DNA of 63,737 nt, filler included, from Octopus bimaculoides (GCF_001194135.2; 6 parts of 6 records of this genome joined end to end with filler, not necessarily neighbours in it); one strand, 5' to 3'. Numbered from the whole stretch's first letter, positions 37,734 through 50,289 are shown. Translations and numbers: made by a program. Notes: a model not told the origin generated them from the sequence alone.

Positions 37734-39349
37734 NNNNNNNNNNNNNNNNNNNNNNNNNNNNNNNNNNNNNNNNNNNNNNNNNNNNNNNNNNNNNNNNNNN
37801 NNNNNNNNNNNNNNNNNNNNNNNNNNNNNNNNNNNNNNNNNNNNNNNNNNNNNNNNNNNNNNNNNNNNNNNNNNNNNNNNNNNNNNNNNNNNNNNNNNNN
37901 NNNNNNNNNNNNNNNNNNNNNNNNNNNNNNNNNNNNNNNNNNNNNNNNNNNNNNNNNNNNNNNNNNNNNNNNNNNNNNNNNNNNNNNNNNNNNNNNNNNN
38001 NNNNNNNNNNNNNNNNNNNNNNNNNNNNNNNNNNNNNNNNTATATATATATATATATGTGTATATATATATGTATATAGATATATAGATATATATGCCTA
38101 GCTGTTTATATATATAATCAGCTAGGCATGATATAATACCATAAAGGAAAACGTCAAGCGTCACCAAATGTGACTAAGGGTGCCAAGACACCCACATTGC
38201 TAAAAATAGGAGTAAAACACTCCTTGGGCAGCAGAAAGTGCGCAAATGAATACACATACGCTGACAGGGGAAGAAACCACCGCATGACAGAATCGAGAAA
38301 CTATCAGACTAGACGACTAGTTTCACGTATTTCCGTACGCTTCGTCAGTGAGAGCGGCACGATCGGTTCTTGTTCGTCATAAACAGTACAATCATATTCT
38401 GATACACAACTCAATACACAGCTTATGATGAAAGATACATTCATTATATGAAAACAGAAAGAACATATTACTTTCTAAAGTTAACTCTACATATTTTCTG
38501 TAGAAATCATAGCCAGCACTGCGATCGAAGACAGTAAAACAGGAAATGCGTCTATATGCATATCACAGGAGTTATAAATATTTATTCTGCATCAAATCCA
38601 ATCCGTTAACCAAGCACTGTAACACTATTGGATATACAAATTTTACATATTAAACATTCCTGGCAACGTGTACGTATATATTAACTGTATATACACCCAT
38701 TGCATATTAGATATAATAAATGGCTGTAAATTGTTAATATATATATATGTATATACTCAGACACACAAACACAGGTATGTTGCACATCAAGAAACACACC
38801 ACCCTCAGCTAAAATTTCCTACAATATGGTTAATTTGTTTTCATTGCTTACAATTTAACTATGTACAGTTCAAAAATTCTACAATACAGTTAATTTCTTT
38901 TCATTATTTTCAATTTAAGTATGTATCTATAATATAGTTAATTTGTTTTCATATTTACAATTTTAATATGTAGAAGCTAATTCATTCAATTTGAACGACT
39001 TCGCATATGTATCTTCAGCATTGAAGTTGTTTTCCACTATCGAAATATCGACTGCGCATATTCGTCTTTATGTTACTTTGAGCACCATAAGCATGGAGAT
39101 GGCTAGTTAAGTAAATATAAAATCTGGAACAAAGTCACAACTGGGACACCGATACTTTGCAAAATTATGCCTATTTTGATCATTTCTTCCTTGTGTCTTC
39201 ATGCAAGTAGATTACATTCGTTTTCAGAATATATTAGTCTTATAACGCAGTGTCTTCTCTAGTCATTTCCCTTTTTTACACAGGTGTACTTGTGTGTGTG
39301 TGTGTGTGTGTGTGTGTGTCTTTGTTTGTATGTGCGNNNNNNNNNNNNN

Positions 39350-39395
<46 letters not shown>

Positions 39396-39499
39396 GCCAT
39401 ACAGATAATGGTTGTTTACTCTTGTACTTATTTATACCTTAGATCTATCATGGCGGCTGATGTGTCTTTTTAAACCAGACAATGATGTCTTGAAAAGAC

Positions 39500-40110
39500 A
39501 CCTACATCCCTATTATTAGTGAGAAACATGGGTAGTGCATCGCCATCCCTATAATCACTCGAGCGCTTTCATCAGCAGTTTTGGAGAAACATGCTTGGCA
39601 TCCACTGGTTGACTCAAGCCCCTGATATGGAAGTTTATATAAGAGGCAGTCAAGTGAGAATTTAGGCACACATCCACCGTCACCGTATGAACTGGGTTGG
39701 TTATGTGCGTCTTCGTGATAGCAGATTTGCGAAGTAATTGTTACATAGCGAATTGTCACAAGGGACTCGACCACAACATAATACAAGGAAGTAATTCAAA
39801 GGCAACTTTACGGAATCGCTCGGAATATGTGAGATTTCGGAACAGAAGTTGGACGATATATCATATGATCGGAAGACTCGCAAGCGAAGAGTCTATGGCG
39901 GAGTAATCGTATTCTAGCAGAATGGAAACTAGTGGTCATGCATAAAGTGATCAGCACGAAAAGACAATTCCGAACACCCTGCAGTTCTTCATGAGATCTG
40001 CATTCTGAAGCCGTATATATGTGTAGAGTGTAGGCCTGGTGAGCTACCAGAGAAGCTATGCAAAGAGACCTCTTACAGTCTACGAAGACATTCATGCTGG
40101 AGCCAAACAC
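39500..40110 (+). mobile_element. RTE (BovB-like) LINE 3' fragment
   Basis: Frameshifted LLxxxETWV..RH...LERFHQQ..RNMLGIHW...HIHRHRMNWVGYVR..DSRFAK*LLHSELSQGTRP..., ending in a Cys-containing YMCRV segment. Confidence 0.8.
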
Positions 40111-41281
40111 ACACGCACAGTGTATAAGAAAATATATGTAAAATTGCTCATGTTTATCTAGGCATATGTCGGTGCACTTAGAAAATCGTCAGAATGATCC
40201 GGAAGAACCAAGAAGTTAGGAGAATGTGTATAAATATCAGACCTCTGTAAATCGCTGACGGAATTCAAGAGGCATTATCGGTGTCAAAACATGTAATGCT
40301 GAGATACACATCATTGACTCATCCACGGTCATATTCGTTTAACAAATCAACAACCATCATTAATGTATGAATGTATGTAGATATGCATTTGTGTATGTGT
40401 TAGTGTATGTATGTGTATATGTATTTTTGTGTGCATGTATACATATATGCATGAATGTATGTATGCATGCATGCAGGTATGTATGCATTAATGTATGTGT
40501 GTATGTATGTATTATGCATGTACGTGTGTATGCGAGCATGTACATATGTACGTATGTGCACGTACATGTATGAATGTATACGTGTATGCATGTATGTAAG
40601 TTTGTATATATCTATATGTTTATGTATTCGAGTTAGGTATACACACACACGCACACATTTATATATATAGATGTACATACATACATAAAGATGTCTGTGT
40701 ATGTGTATATCTATATGGTTGCAAATGACACGACTCTTTTGTACGAGAGATAGATTGTTTTGCAGTGTTCGTGCCGACTCACAGAGCGCTGAGTTCAATT
40801 GTATACCTTGGAATCGATAAGTCGATATAAACAGTAGCAATCCTGTAAACATTTCTATCTCCTTCCCTCCCATACTCTCTCTGTCTCTCTGTATCCCCCA
40901 ACATATTCTGTCTCTCTGTCTTTCTCCCTTTCCCCTTATTTCCCCCTCTGTATGAAATTAGATGTGATCAGACCTGGACTGACATCTACTCTGTCACGTC
41001 TAAAATAGCCTACGAAATTTTCTGTCGCAGATTAATGCATACATATCAGTATATACATGCATACATGGATATATACATACGAAAACATACATATATATAC
41101 ACATGTAACTGCATCAATATATGTTTGTATGTGTGTGTGTGTGTGTGTGTTGCACGAAAATGCTAAAAATGAAGTAAAAACACCGACGTTCGATAACTGA
41201 TGGAACCTTTGAAACGTTAACACCAAAAAATCAGCCATGGCATAAAGAGGTGTCCGAAAATATCATCGTACTGTTATCTAC

Positions 41282-41419
41282 CTGCAAGATATGGAAGTGT
41301 GGTACAATAAGAGCCTACAGTGTGGTAGAGACAATAACAACACAATATGAAAGAGTATTGGTGAAAATAATGTGCTTTATTCGCAATAAGCTGCCCTGCG
41401 AATGTCAACACGAAGGTCA
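41282..41419 (-). CDS. Candidate 138-nt symmetric (phase 1/1) exon
   Basis: GTTTTCTATTTCAG acceptor, CAG/GTAGAT donor and a fully open frame: TFVLTFAGQLIANKAHYFHQYSFILCCYCLYHTVGSYCTTLPYLA. Product not recognised. Confidence 0.35.
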
Positions 41420-42031
41420 CTGAAATAGAAAACATGTACGCTGGACTGCANNNNNNNNNNNNNNNNNNNNNNNNNNNNNNNNNNNNNNNNNNNNNNNNNN
41501 NNNNNNNNNNNNNNNNNNNNNNNNNNNNNNNNNNNNNNNNNNNNNNNNNNNNNNNNNNNNNNNNNNNNNNNNNNNNNNNNNNNNNNNNNNNNNNNNNNNN
41601 NNNNNNNNNNNNNNNNNNNNNNNNNNNNNNNNNNNNNNNNNNNNNNNNNNNNNNNNNNNNNNNNNNNNNNNNNNNNNNNNNNNNNNNNNNNNNNNNNNNN
41701 NNNNNNNNNNNNNNNNNNNNNNNNNNNNNNNNNNNNNNNNNNNNNNNNNNNNNNNNNNNNNNNNNNNNNNNNNNNNNNNNNNNNNNNNNNNNNNNNNNNN
41801 NNNNNNNNNNNNNNNNNNNNNNNNNNNNNNNNNNNNNNNNNNNNNNNNNNNNNNNNNNNNNNNNNNNNNNNNNNNNNNNNNNNNNNNNNNNNNNNNNNNN
41901 NNNNNNNNNNNNNNNNNNNNNNNNNNNNNNNNNNNNNNNNNNNNNNNNNNNNNNNNNNNNNNNNNNNNNNNNNNNNNNNNNNNNNNNNNNNNNNNNNNNN
42001 NNNNNNNNNNNNNNNNNNNNNNNNNNNNNNN

Positions 42032-42067
<36 letters not shown>

Positions 42068-42242
42068 CGAAAATAAAACAAAGTAGAACATTCGAAAACA
42101 CTTTTATCATTTTAGTACCGGCTTCCGTTTTTTAGCCTTTTTCAACTAAGCATAAATCAGAGAAAACAATTATATTAGTGAATTATTTTGTAGATATGTT
42201 CATAGTCTTTGAATAAGTAAATATTTTCTTAGTTTTCTGATA

Positions 42243-42338
<96 letters not shown>

Positions 42339-42650
42339 CTCTATCTCTCTCTCTATCTCTCTCTATCTATCTCTATCTCTCTCTATATATATATCTCTCT
42401 CTCTATTCGTTTCAGATTGCCTGGTAGATAGGTAGGTAGGTAGGAAGGTAGGTAGGTAGGAAGGTAGGTAGGTAAGAAGGTTGGTAGGTAGTAATATATA
42501 TCCGTTTAATTTGGGTGGGGGGTCCAATATATTTCTAACATGTTGGTGTTACCATTCGAAACGATCGTATGCTTCGTTTAAAATTTTATAAAACTTTTAA
42601 CATCTTCTCTTCCCCATCTTTAATTGTTTGTTGAGTTTATATGATACGTG

Positions 42651-42687
<37 letters not shown>

Positions 42688-42927
42688 TAAAAGGGTAAAG
42701 GATTATCAATTTATTAATAAATTGATAATTAATCATTTTTACCAAGCCCTTCGGTATGTAATCACCATCATCGGTGTGGAACTTATTTAAAAGTTCTTAT
42801 ACATTAATAAACAAAATTAAGGGATCAGCAACAGGTTGCTTCACCACATACAGCAGTTCAGAAATAGCAGCTAAAAATGCTGAAACTCCAACAGATAGCA
42901 GTTATCCGAAATTCACATAGGCAAAAC

Positions 42928-43172
42928 AAGAAGAAAAATAACGAGTTAAACTAGTCATAGTTAATCATAGACATGTTTCTGGTTTAGAAGAAGAAAAACT
43001 CTTCATTACCTCATCGGTATGATATTCCTGTTGTAAATTCGACGATTCTGGCAAATGTGCATGCATGATCTAGGAATGTCATACCGATGAGATAATGGAG
43101 AGTTTTTCTTCTTCTAAACCAGAAACATGTCTATGATTAACTATGGCTAGTTTAGTTCGTTATTTTCTTCTT
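42928..43172. repeat. Long inverted repeat, ~101-bp arms with a 42-bp loop
   Basis: 42928-43029 versus 43072-43172, about 90% complementary, next to Penelope-type tail sequence (42700-42930). Confidence 0.9.
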
Positions 43173-43636
43173 ATATATATATTATGTAAGTATGCAAGAC
43201 GAAACACAGATCTACACATGCACTAACTTACGCATGTTCACTCAATGATATTCATTCATCTTGCTGTTGTTGTTGGAGTATAACTTAAGGTGCCTTGTTT
43301 CAAGGTGAAAGACGAACTCTTTATCCATTAGTAAGAAATCTAGAAATAATAACATACAAGTATACACACATAACTATTGAAAAAAGATCTCATGAATCAG
43401 GAAAAAAAGCAAATGTTAGAATAAGTAAATTTTACATTTCATATACAGCACATCCGATGATTGCGAATTTAGTTCTGTACTTTGGGAATGTTCTCAGCAT
43501 GAAACAGTAATATTGCCTAGCTGTCATGACATTGTAATATTATATAAATAATAAAATCGTAGTAGTAGTATATAAATAAATCAATAGATGGGTAAAGAAA
43601 TTTATATCTAGCTAGATGGCTAGCTGGCTAGCTACC

Positions 43637-43674
<38 letters not shown>

Positions 43675-44011
43675 CATACATACATACATACATACATACA
43701 TACATACATACATACATACATAAATATATTGATAGAGAGATAAAAAGTGAGACTGATACATACATAAACACAAACATTCATGCCTACATATATACACATA
43801 CTTATAAATATACACGCATTTATATATATTTATATGTATGAACACATGAACGTCCCCTCACGCAAATACACACACACAGATATACATATATAAATATATA
43901 CATATAGGTGTATATATATTCATACATATCTATACGTATACATATTTATATATATATATAAATACATATATATATATNNNNNNNNNNTATATATATTTAT
44001 ATATAGATATG

Positions 44012-44071
<60 letters not shown>

Positions 44072-44630
44072 TGCGTTTGTGTGTGGTCATGTATATATAA
44101 TTCATGTGTGAATATACACGCTTGATTATATGCGTATGCATGCATTGTTTAAGGTAATAAAAAGTATTATTTTCAATATTTCCACAATTGTTATACCATA
44201 TTTAAAGATACAAACGAAGTATCATGCAGAGTGAGACTTCTTGTGGCCTGTCAGAAATAGACAATACGTTAAAATCTGTTGTCAAATGACTAAGTTAATT
44301 AAACACATATTGTTATATGCTTGTTTCCGACTGTTACGTCAAGATTTACCAGCAAGTGTTAAATCTAATCTATATTTTGCATTTCTCTATACACAGTACA
44401 GGAGAACACGTTGATTTTTCTTTAAAACTAAATCCATTACACATGAACGCATTCATTGTTACATAACTGTTACTAATAGTATGTTCTCCACACCAGTGTG
44501 GAAATCTTTGTATGCCGCTTGATTTGTAGATATAATGAATACAACCACCAATAACTAAAGAGATATATACATATATACACATATATATGCAAACATACAT
44601 ACGTATTTGAATGCATCCATACACAAACAT

Positions 44631-44667
<37 letters not shown>

Positions 44668-44892
44668 NNNNNNNNNNNNNNNNNNNNNNNNNNNNNNNNN
44701 NNNNNNNNNNNNNNNNNNNNNNNNNNNNNNNNNNNNNNNNNNNNNNNNNNNNNNNNNNNNNNNNNNNNNNNNNNNNNNNNNNNNNNNNNNNNNNNNNNNN
44801 NNNNNNNNNNNNNNNNNNNNNNNNNNNNNNNNATTTCAAAATGAGAAAATGCAATATCACAAACAATTGTTTCGTAACTTAAAATCCTATAC

Positions 44893-45180
44893 AGTTCTAT
44901 ATTTCAGAGATGAGGAATTATGTATGTTATTTATATTATTTACATTCGACGGATATTTGTCCTCATCTTGTTTGTTGTTAACACAACGTTTCGGCTGATA
45001 TATTCTCCAGCCTTCTTCAGTTGTCTTGGAGAAATTTCAAACCTCGGTTCTCTTTCCTAAGGTATTTTTGGACGTTGTTATTATTATCATTATTATTGTT
45101 CAGGTCACTGCTTGGAATCGAACTCGGAATCTTGGGGTTGGTAGCCCGCGCTCTTAACCACTACGCCATATACCCGTGGG
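44893..45180 (-). mobile_element. tRNA-headed, hammerhead-containing short element (copy 1)
   Basis: Minus strand: CCCACGGGTATATGGCGTAGTGGTTAAGAG (A box), GAGTTCGATTCC (B box), (AAT)n, AAAAATACCTTAGGA, hammerhead, then GTGTTAACAACAAACAAGATGAGGACAAATATCCGTC. Homologous to 54742-55011. Confidence 0.8.
44980..45025 (-). ncRNA. Minimal type I hammerhead ribozyme (Penelope-type)
   Basis: GACAA-CTGAAGA-A-GGCTG-(10-nt loop)-CAGCC-GAAAC-GTT^GTGTT: intact core, perfect stem II, palindromic AACGTT in place of stem III, helix I with one mismatch next to the core. Confidence 0.65.
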
Positions 45181-45193
45181 CATATGGTGTAGT

Positions 45194-45298
45194 GGGCATA
45201 TAGCTTAGTGGTTAAGAGTGCAGGCTACCAACCCCAAGATTCCGTGTTCGATTCCAAGCAGTGACCTGAACAATAACAATAATAATAATAATAATAAT
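45194..45298 (+). mobile_element. Second tRNA-like head in inverted (head-to-head) orientation, ending in (AAT)n
   Basis: GGGCATATAGCTTAGTGGTTAAGAGTGCAGGCTACCAACCCCAAGATTCCGTGTTCGATTCCAAGCAGTGACC is complementary to 45077-45176. Confidence 0.85.
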
Positions 45299-46287
45299 AT
45301 GCTGTTATTTATAGCTCTATGCCTGTATGCTTCGAGATATTCTACAAAGAAAATTCTTCCACGTTCTCTCGAAATATTATAAAAAATTTTATGATTTTAT
45401 CAATATGTGTGTGTGTGTGTGTGTGTGCCTGCGTGTGAGCGTGTATGTGTTCGTGTGCGTGTCTATGTCTTTGAGTGTCTGTGTTTGTATGTGAGTCTAT
45501 ATCTGCGCGTGTGTGTAATATAATAGAAAAGTTGTTTTGTAGTTTTGTGGTAGACACACCATCCGAAAATAAGAAGTTCATTTGAGCACGTACCTGGCAA
45601 TAAATCTCCATCTCAATGAAAACGATCGAAAATTATATAACATTAGCCGTCGTCTTAAATTCAAGTAAGAAAACTCACGATCTTATGGTCAGATTCTACG
45701 CATTTTTTTTCTTTTTGTTAATGTTTACAATTACTTTGGGTATATATAATTCAAATATCTATCCAACTAGTGTATAAGAACGTGTCTGGTGCTGTAGTAA
45801 TTATACAATTTTAAAATAGATGCTGTACGTGTCATAGTTGATAATGTAGCTGTCAAAATCTATGGCAGGTTTTCATAGACGCCACTAAACCCCTGTATGG
45901 GCCAGGTCTTTCTTTATAAGTATTAGGTTAATATGAAAAATATCTGTCTTTATAGAGCTTGCATTATTGATTCGATTCTGTCAGTGTTTAATTTAATTCC
46001 TTTCCATTATTTTTGGTTAAACAATGATTTGTTTCATAATTTCATAGACACTTGGGAAATTTTCAACCGCATTCACTTGCAAGCACTCTAAGAGACATTG
46101 AGAATTATATAAAATGAAGAGAGAGAGGATAAGAGGAAAGAAAGGAAGAAAGAGTGGGAAATGGTAGAGATAGGGAGAGAGTGAGGTAAAGAGAGGAGGA
46201 GGGAAAGATAGAAAGTACAATAGACACACCGGGAAACACATCATTTATATGTATGTATGTAAGTATGATTAGATATATGTATTCGCA

Positions 46288-46333
<46 letters not shown>

Positions 46334-46433
46334 NNNNNNNNNNNNNNNNNNNNNNNNNNNNNNNNNNNNNNNNNNNNTTAATTAATTAANNNNNNNNNNN
46401 NNNNNNNNNNNNNNNNNNNNNNNNNNNNNNNNN

Positions 46434-46660
46434 CAAATACATAACAAAAATAGCAGGACTTACAAATATATATAACATACAGAAAATTGCACTACTGGGT
46501 ACTGCACACATTCTACGCAAAACACTTTCAATACAATAAACATAAGAGCACCACAGCAAACCACAGCACATACCCAAGGCGCACAGAGCTGCGCTCGGTA
46601 GTGAAGTGAAAGCACGTTATAAAAATAAAACTACTGAATAATAATAATAATAACATCGAA
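46434..46660 (+). mobile_element. R4/Dong-like non-LTR 3' end (same family as 16495-16700)
   Basis: ITKIAGLTNIYNIQKIALLGTAHILRKTLSIQ*, a 3' UTR homologous to 16500-16700 and an (AAT)n tail. Confidence 0.9.
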
Positions 46661-48029
46661 CAATACCTTAGCCGGAGAAATCGACCCCAGAAATTATAAT
46701 TTGTATGCTTAGTACTTATTCTATCATTATCTTTTCCGAACCGCATGTTGTCTCAGAGAAGCCTCTTAAAATGACTCTTGTGCTAAAAATAATAATAAAA
46801 AGAAAAACAACGAAGAGCCCGAAACATAGATTTTCACTCAAATCGCCGGCGGAATAGCATGGGTTCGGGAAGCAAGCTTCTTACCACTCAGCCACACGTG
46901 CACCTACATTATTATATACTTAAATTTTGGGAAACGCAGAAGCCATATAATCTACAGCTTTTAAGCGTCAACCTAGAAATAATGATCATTATCTCTAGGT
47001 CGTTGATTATGAAAATGTTATCTCAGATTGCTAGCGCTTCTTGGAGATATTATTAGTGATTTTGGTGACGCAAATAAATTTGCCTTATTTTATTCGGTAC
47101 TGAACATTACAAAAACCTGTATACATGCATATTTTGGCAGCATATAGATATAACCTTTTGCTTACATACATGTACACCTACTTACACATATCTAATACAA
47201 GACTCTGAAAAGGGAAATTGGAATCTACAGCAAACAGTACAGCGATGCTAACCACGTCACCAAAGCGACATGATAAATCTTGACCGCCCAAATTAGTAGA
47301 TTAGACTAAGTAGCTTTGATGATGACGTAGTAGTGATCTGTCAGCGGAGATCTTAGATTACACTGTACCTAGCAATATATATATACTAGCAAAAAAACTG
47401 CCTTCTGGGTAATTTTCTCCTACTCGCGGTATGGTATTTAGACATTTTATTCCCAATTTGTGTAATTTTTCTAATATGCTACGTCTAATTTTTTACTTTA
47501 TATATTTTATTTTTTTAATAATACTCGCTCGTTCGGTAAATAAGTTTAAACTATAACTTTGTAAGTGTGACTCCACCACACCACCGAATTATGATTATTT
47601 TTCTGGGTTTTTTTTTCATAATTTTCTAAAAAATAGGTATTTGAAAATGAAATGTTCTTTGAATACAGTTCAGATATGTGTAGAATAAGATTATAAAGAA
47701 ATCTATGGCAACAAATAAACACTGGTAGAGTGGGGGCTACTTGACGAATTTCGACTTTGTTTCCTCATACATTTTGATTACGTATATTTCTACTATGTTT
47801 ACTTTTGTGACCCATGTTAATTCTGTATTTCTTGCGTACTAAGAGACCACGTAGTAGTTGAGCTACCGTTGAGTTTTTTTAAAAGAAAGATATTAAGATT
47901 GCCAAAATTTATAAAAAGAATTATCTATTCAACAGATAATGATAGCATAGTACACACGTTTCTACGAAGATTTCTTTCAAATATAAGGAATAAAGCTTCT
48001 TACTGAGTTATATAGACTCACTAGGCAGT

Positions 48030-48240
48030 TTTTCTGGTTTCTGTGGCATATATATATCCTCCGTCTTTAGGTGGGATTGCTCATTTTTGCCAGCTAGGTG
48101 AACTGGAACAACATGAAATGAAATGTGTCGCACAAGAAAACAATGCATTGCCTGTTCAGGAATCAGAATCTTACGATCACGAGTCCTGTACTTTAGCCAA
48201 TGATATCACAATCATGAGAGTCCAGCACCTTAAGCAATAA
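48030..48240 (-). mobile_element. SINE family C fragment (related copies at 51185-51370 minus and 56835-57110 plus)
   Basis: Shared GAACTGGA.CAAC.T.AAATGAA.T.T.T.GC.CAA.AA.ACAA.GC block, i.e. the reverse complement of TTGTGT.CTTGAGCAAGACACT..ATTTCAC.TTGCTCCAGTTCA. Confidence 0.65.
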
Positions 48241-49299
48241 CCTATGCTCCTTCATTTCTTTCCAAGAATATTCGAGAAAGGGAGGAGTAATCCTCAAATG
48301 TAATATTTTCTAAACATAATTGTTAACTACTTCATCAAAACGTATGATGAAACAAAGTCGAGATGCGTGAAATATCCGTCTCCTCTACCATTTCTTTCTT
48401 ATTAAATTCAAAATACTTGTAATATAGACCATCTGAAACGTATTTGCGGAGTCGGTGAATATGGATACGTGTATAGTTATGCCTAAGTATAAACACACTT
48501 TAAAATGCTATCTCGCAGTGTAAGATAACTATGTCACAGTGAATAAAAATTGGTCTTGTGATTGAATTATGAAGTTGAAATCGTCAATAATAAAAAAATC
48601 TTCAGAAACACATTTTTATAAAAATATAATGGAAAAAAGTAATTTATCAGAATTTTCTAAACAATTAGAATTGAAACTGCCGACTACTCTTTTTTGTAAA
48701 GGTTACATAATCCTAACTAATTAATCGGCAGCTTTCTTCATTGTAGTAAAGATATCTAATATATAAGAAGACGAAGAAAAGAAGTAACACTGCCTGAACG
48801 CTGCATCTTCTGTAAAGCACATGTCTGCGACAGGCAGTATACCAAAGTGGCATCTAAATTAGTAGACTTAAACTACGTATCTGCGATGACATTTTGTTCA
48901 CCTGTCAAAAGTGATAAGAAGTCTACACAGCATGAAGATGCAGTACAATATATAGCTAATATAGAAGTGCATACATTGTATCAATGTTTGTAGTATTAGA
49001 ACGCTACGTCTCCCATAAAATGTGTAGCTTTGCTAACTGCTACAGCAAAGCGGCATAATCCGATTTTCATGTATCTCCGACTCGGAATACCTTTGAAACT
49101 TGGACGTCAAGATTAAACTTTCTGTTTGTAAGGATATATTTTAGACTTTAAGAGCGATAAAGTGTGTGTGTGTGTGTGTGTGTGTGTGGAATAAATTATT
49201 CAAACCTGTCTTGTATTTGTTCGGTATCTATGCTTTTATCTTCTAATTCATATGTGTGTGGATCTGTATATGTCTATATATTCGTATATACATGCATGT

Positions 49300-49332
<33 letters not shown>

Positions 49333-49484
49333 CACANNNNNNNNNNNNNNNNNNNNNNNNNNNNNNNNNNNNNNNNNNNNNNNNNNNNNNNNNNNNNNNN
49401 NNNNNNNNNNNNNNNNNNNNNNNNNNNNNNNNNNNNNNNNNNNNNNNNNNNNNNTCCTGGTTTCTTCTAGTAGTTATAGTTAAT

Positions 49485-49705
49485 ATTGGCTTCAAAATTT
49501 GGCTCAGGGCCAGCAATTTCGGGCGGGAGAAAGTAAGTCAATTACATCGACTCCAGTATTCAAAGGGTACGGATTTTTATCGATCCTGAGAAAATGAAAA
49601 CCAAAGTGGATGTTGGCGGAATTTGAACCTAGAAAGTACAGACAGACGAAATGCCGTTTAAAATTTTGCCACGTCGCGTTAACGATTCTGCCAACTCGCC
49701 AACTT
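49485..49705 (-). mobile_element. SINE family A
   Basis: Reverse-orientation match to family A. Confidence 0.85.
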
Positions 49706-50193
49706 TGCTCTTATAGGTAATATTGAAAAAAAGCTTAACGTTTTCAACACCTCAGTGATTACTGGTTTTTGTTAGCGAGACAAAATTTTCTGAGATTTAC
49801 GCTATTAAACAAATATTACGTTAGCGAGCTGAAATTGAAGCTGGTCTTTAGCGAGTAGCTGTTATACTGGATTTTAGCGTAATATATCTGTTTAAAGAGA
49901 TTTCAATCTAACTGCTCTATATTTTTAATGGCTTCGAGATTTTAAATGGATTAAGAAACAAATTCGTAATCAGTGAAGTAGTGTGAGAGATTTCTGCAGA
50001 GAGAGAGAGAAAAAAAAAAGACAATAGTTGTATACCTATTTTCATGCATGTACAAAAAGATACATATATATATATATATATACAGATCATACTGATACAT
50101 ACAAACATACGTATATACATACATACATACATACATACATATGCATATACATATGTACGTATATGCATGTATATCGGTATATAAAAAATACGT

Positions 50194-50227
<34 letters not shown>

Positions 50228-50289
50228 GTATAGATATATGTATGTATATGTATCTCTCTCTCTCTCTCTCTCTCTGTCTATCTATCTAT

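Noticed and set aside
44460-44555. Minus-strand exon candidate after TCTCTTTAG
   Set aside because: All three frames are open to a weak GTAACA donor and the acceptor borders a microsatellite; not discriminating.
45104-45266. Functional tRNA genes (also 54745-54820)
   Set aside because: A and B boxes are present, but acceptor stems do not pair, anticodon loops differ between copies (ACC versus ACT) and they run into repeat bodies; these are SINE-type heads.
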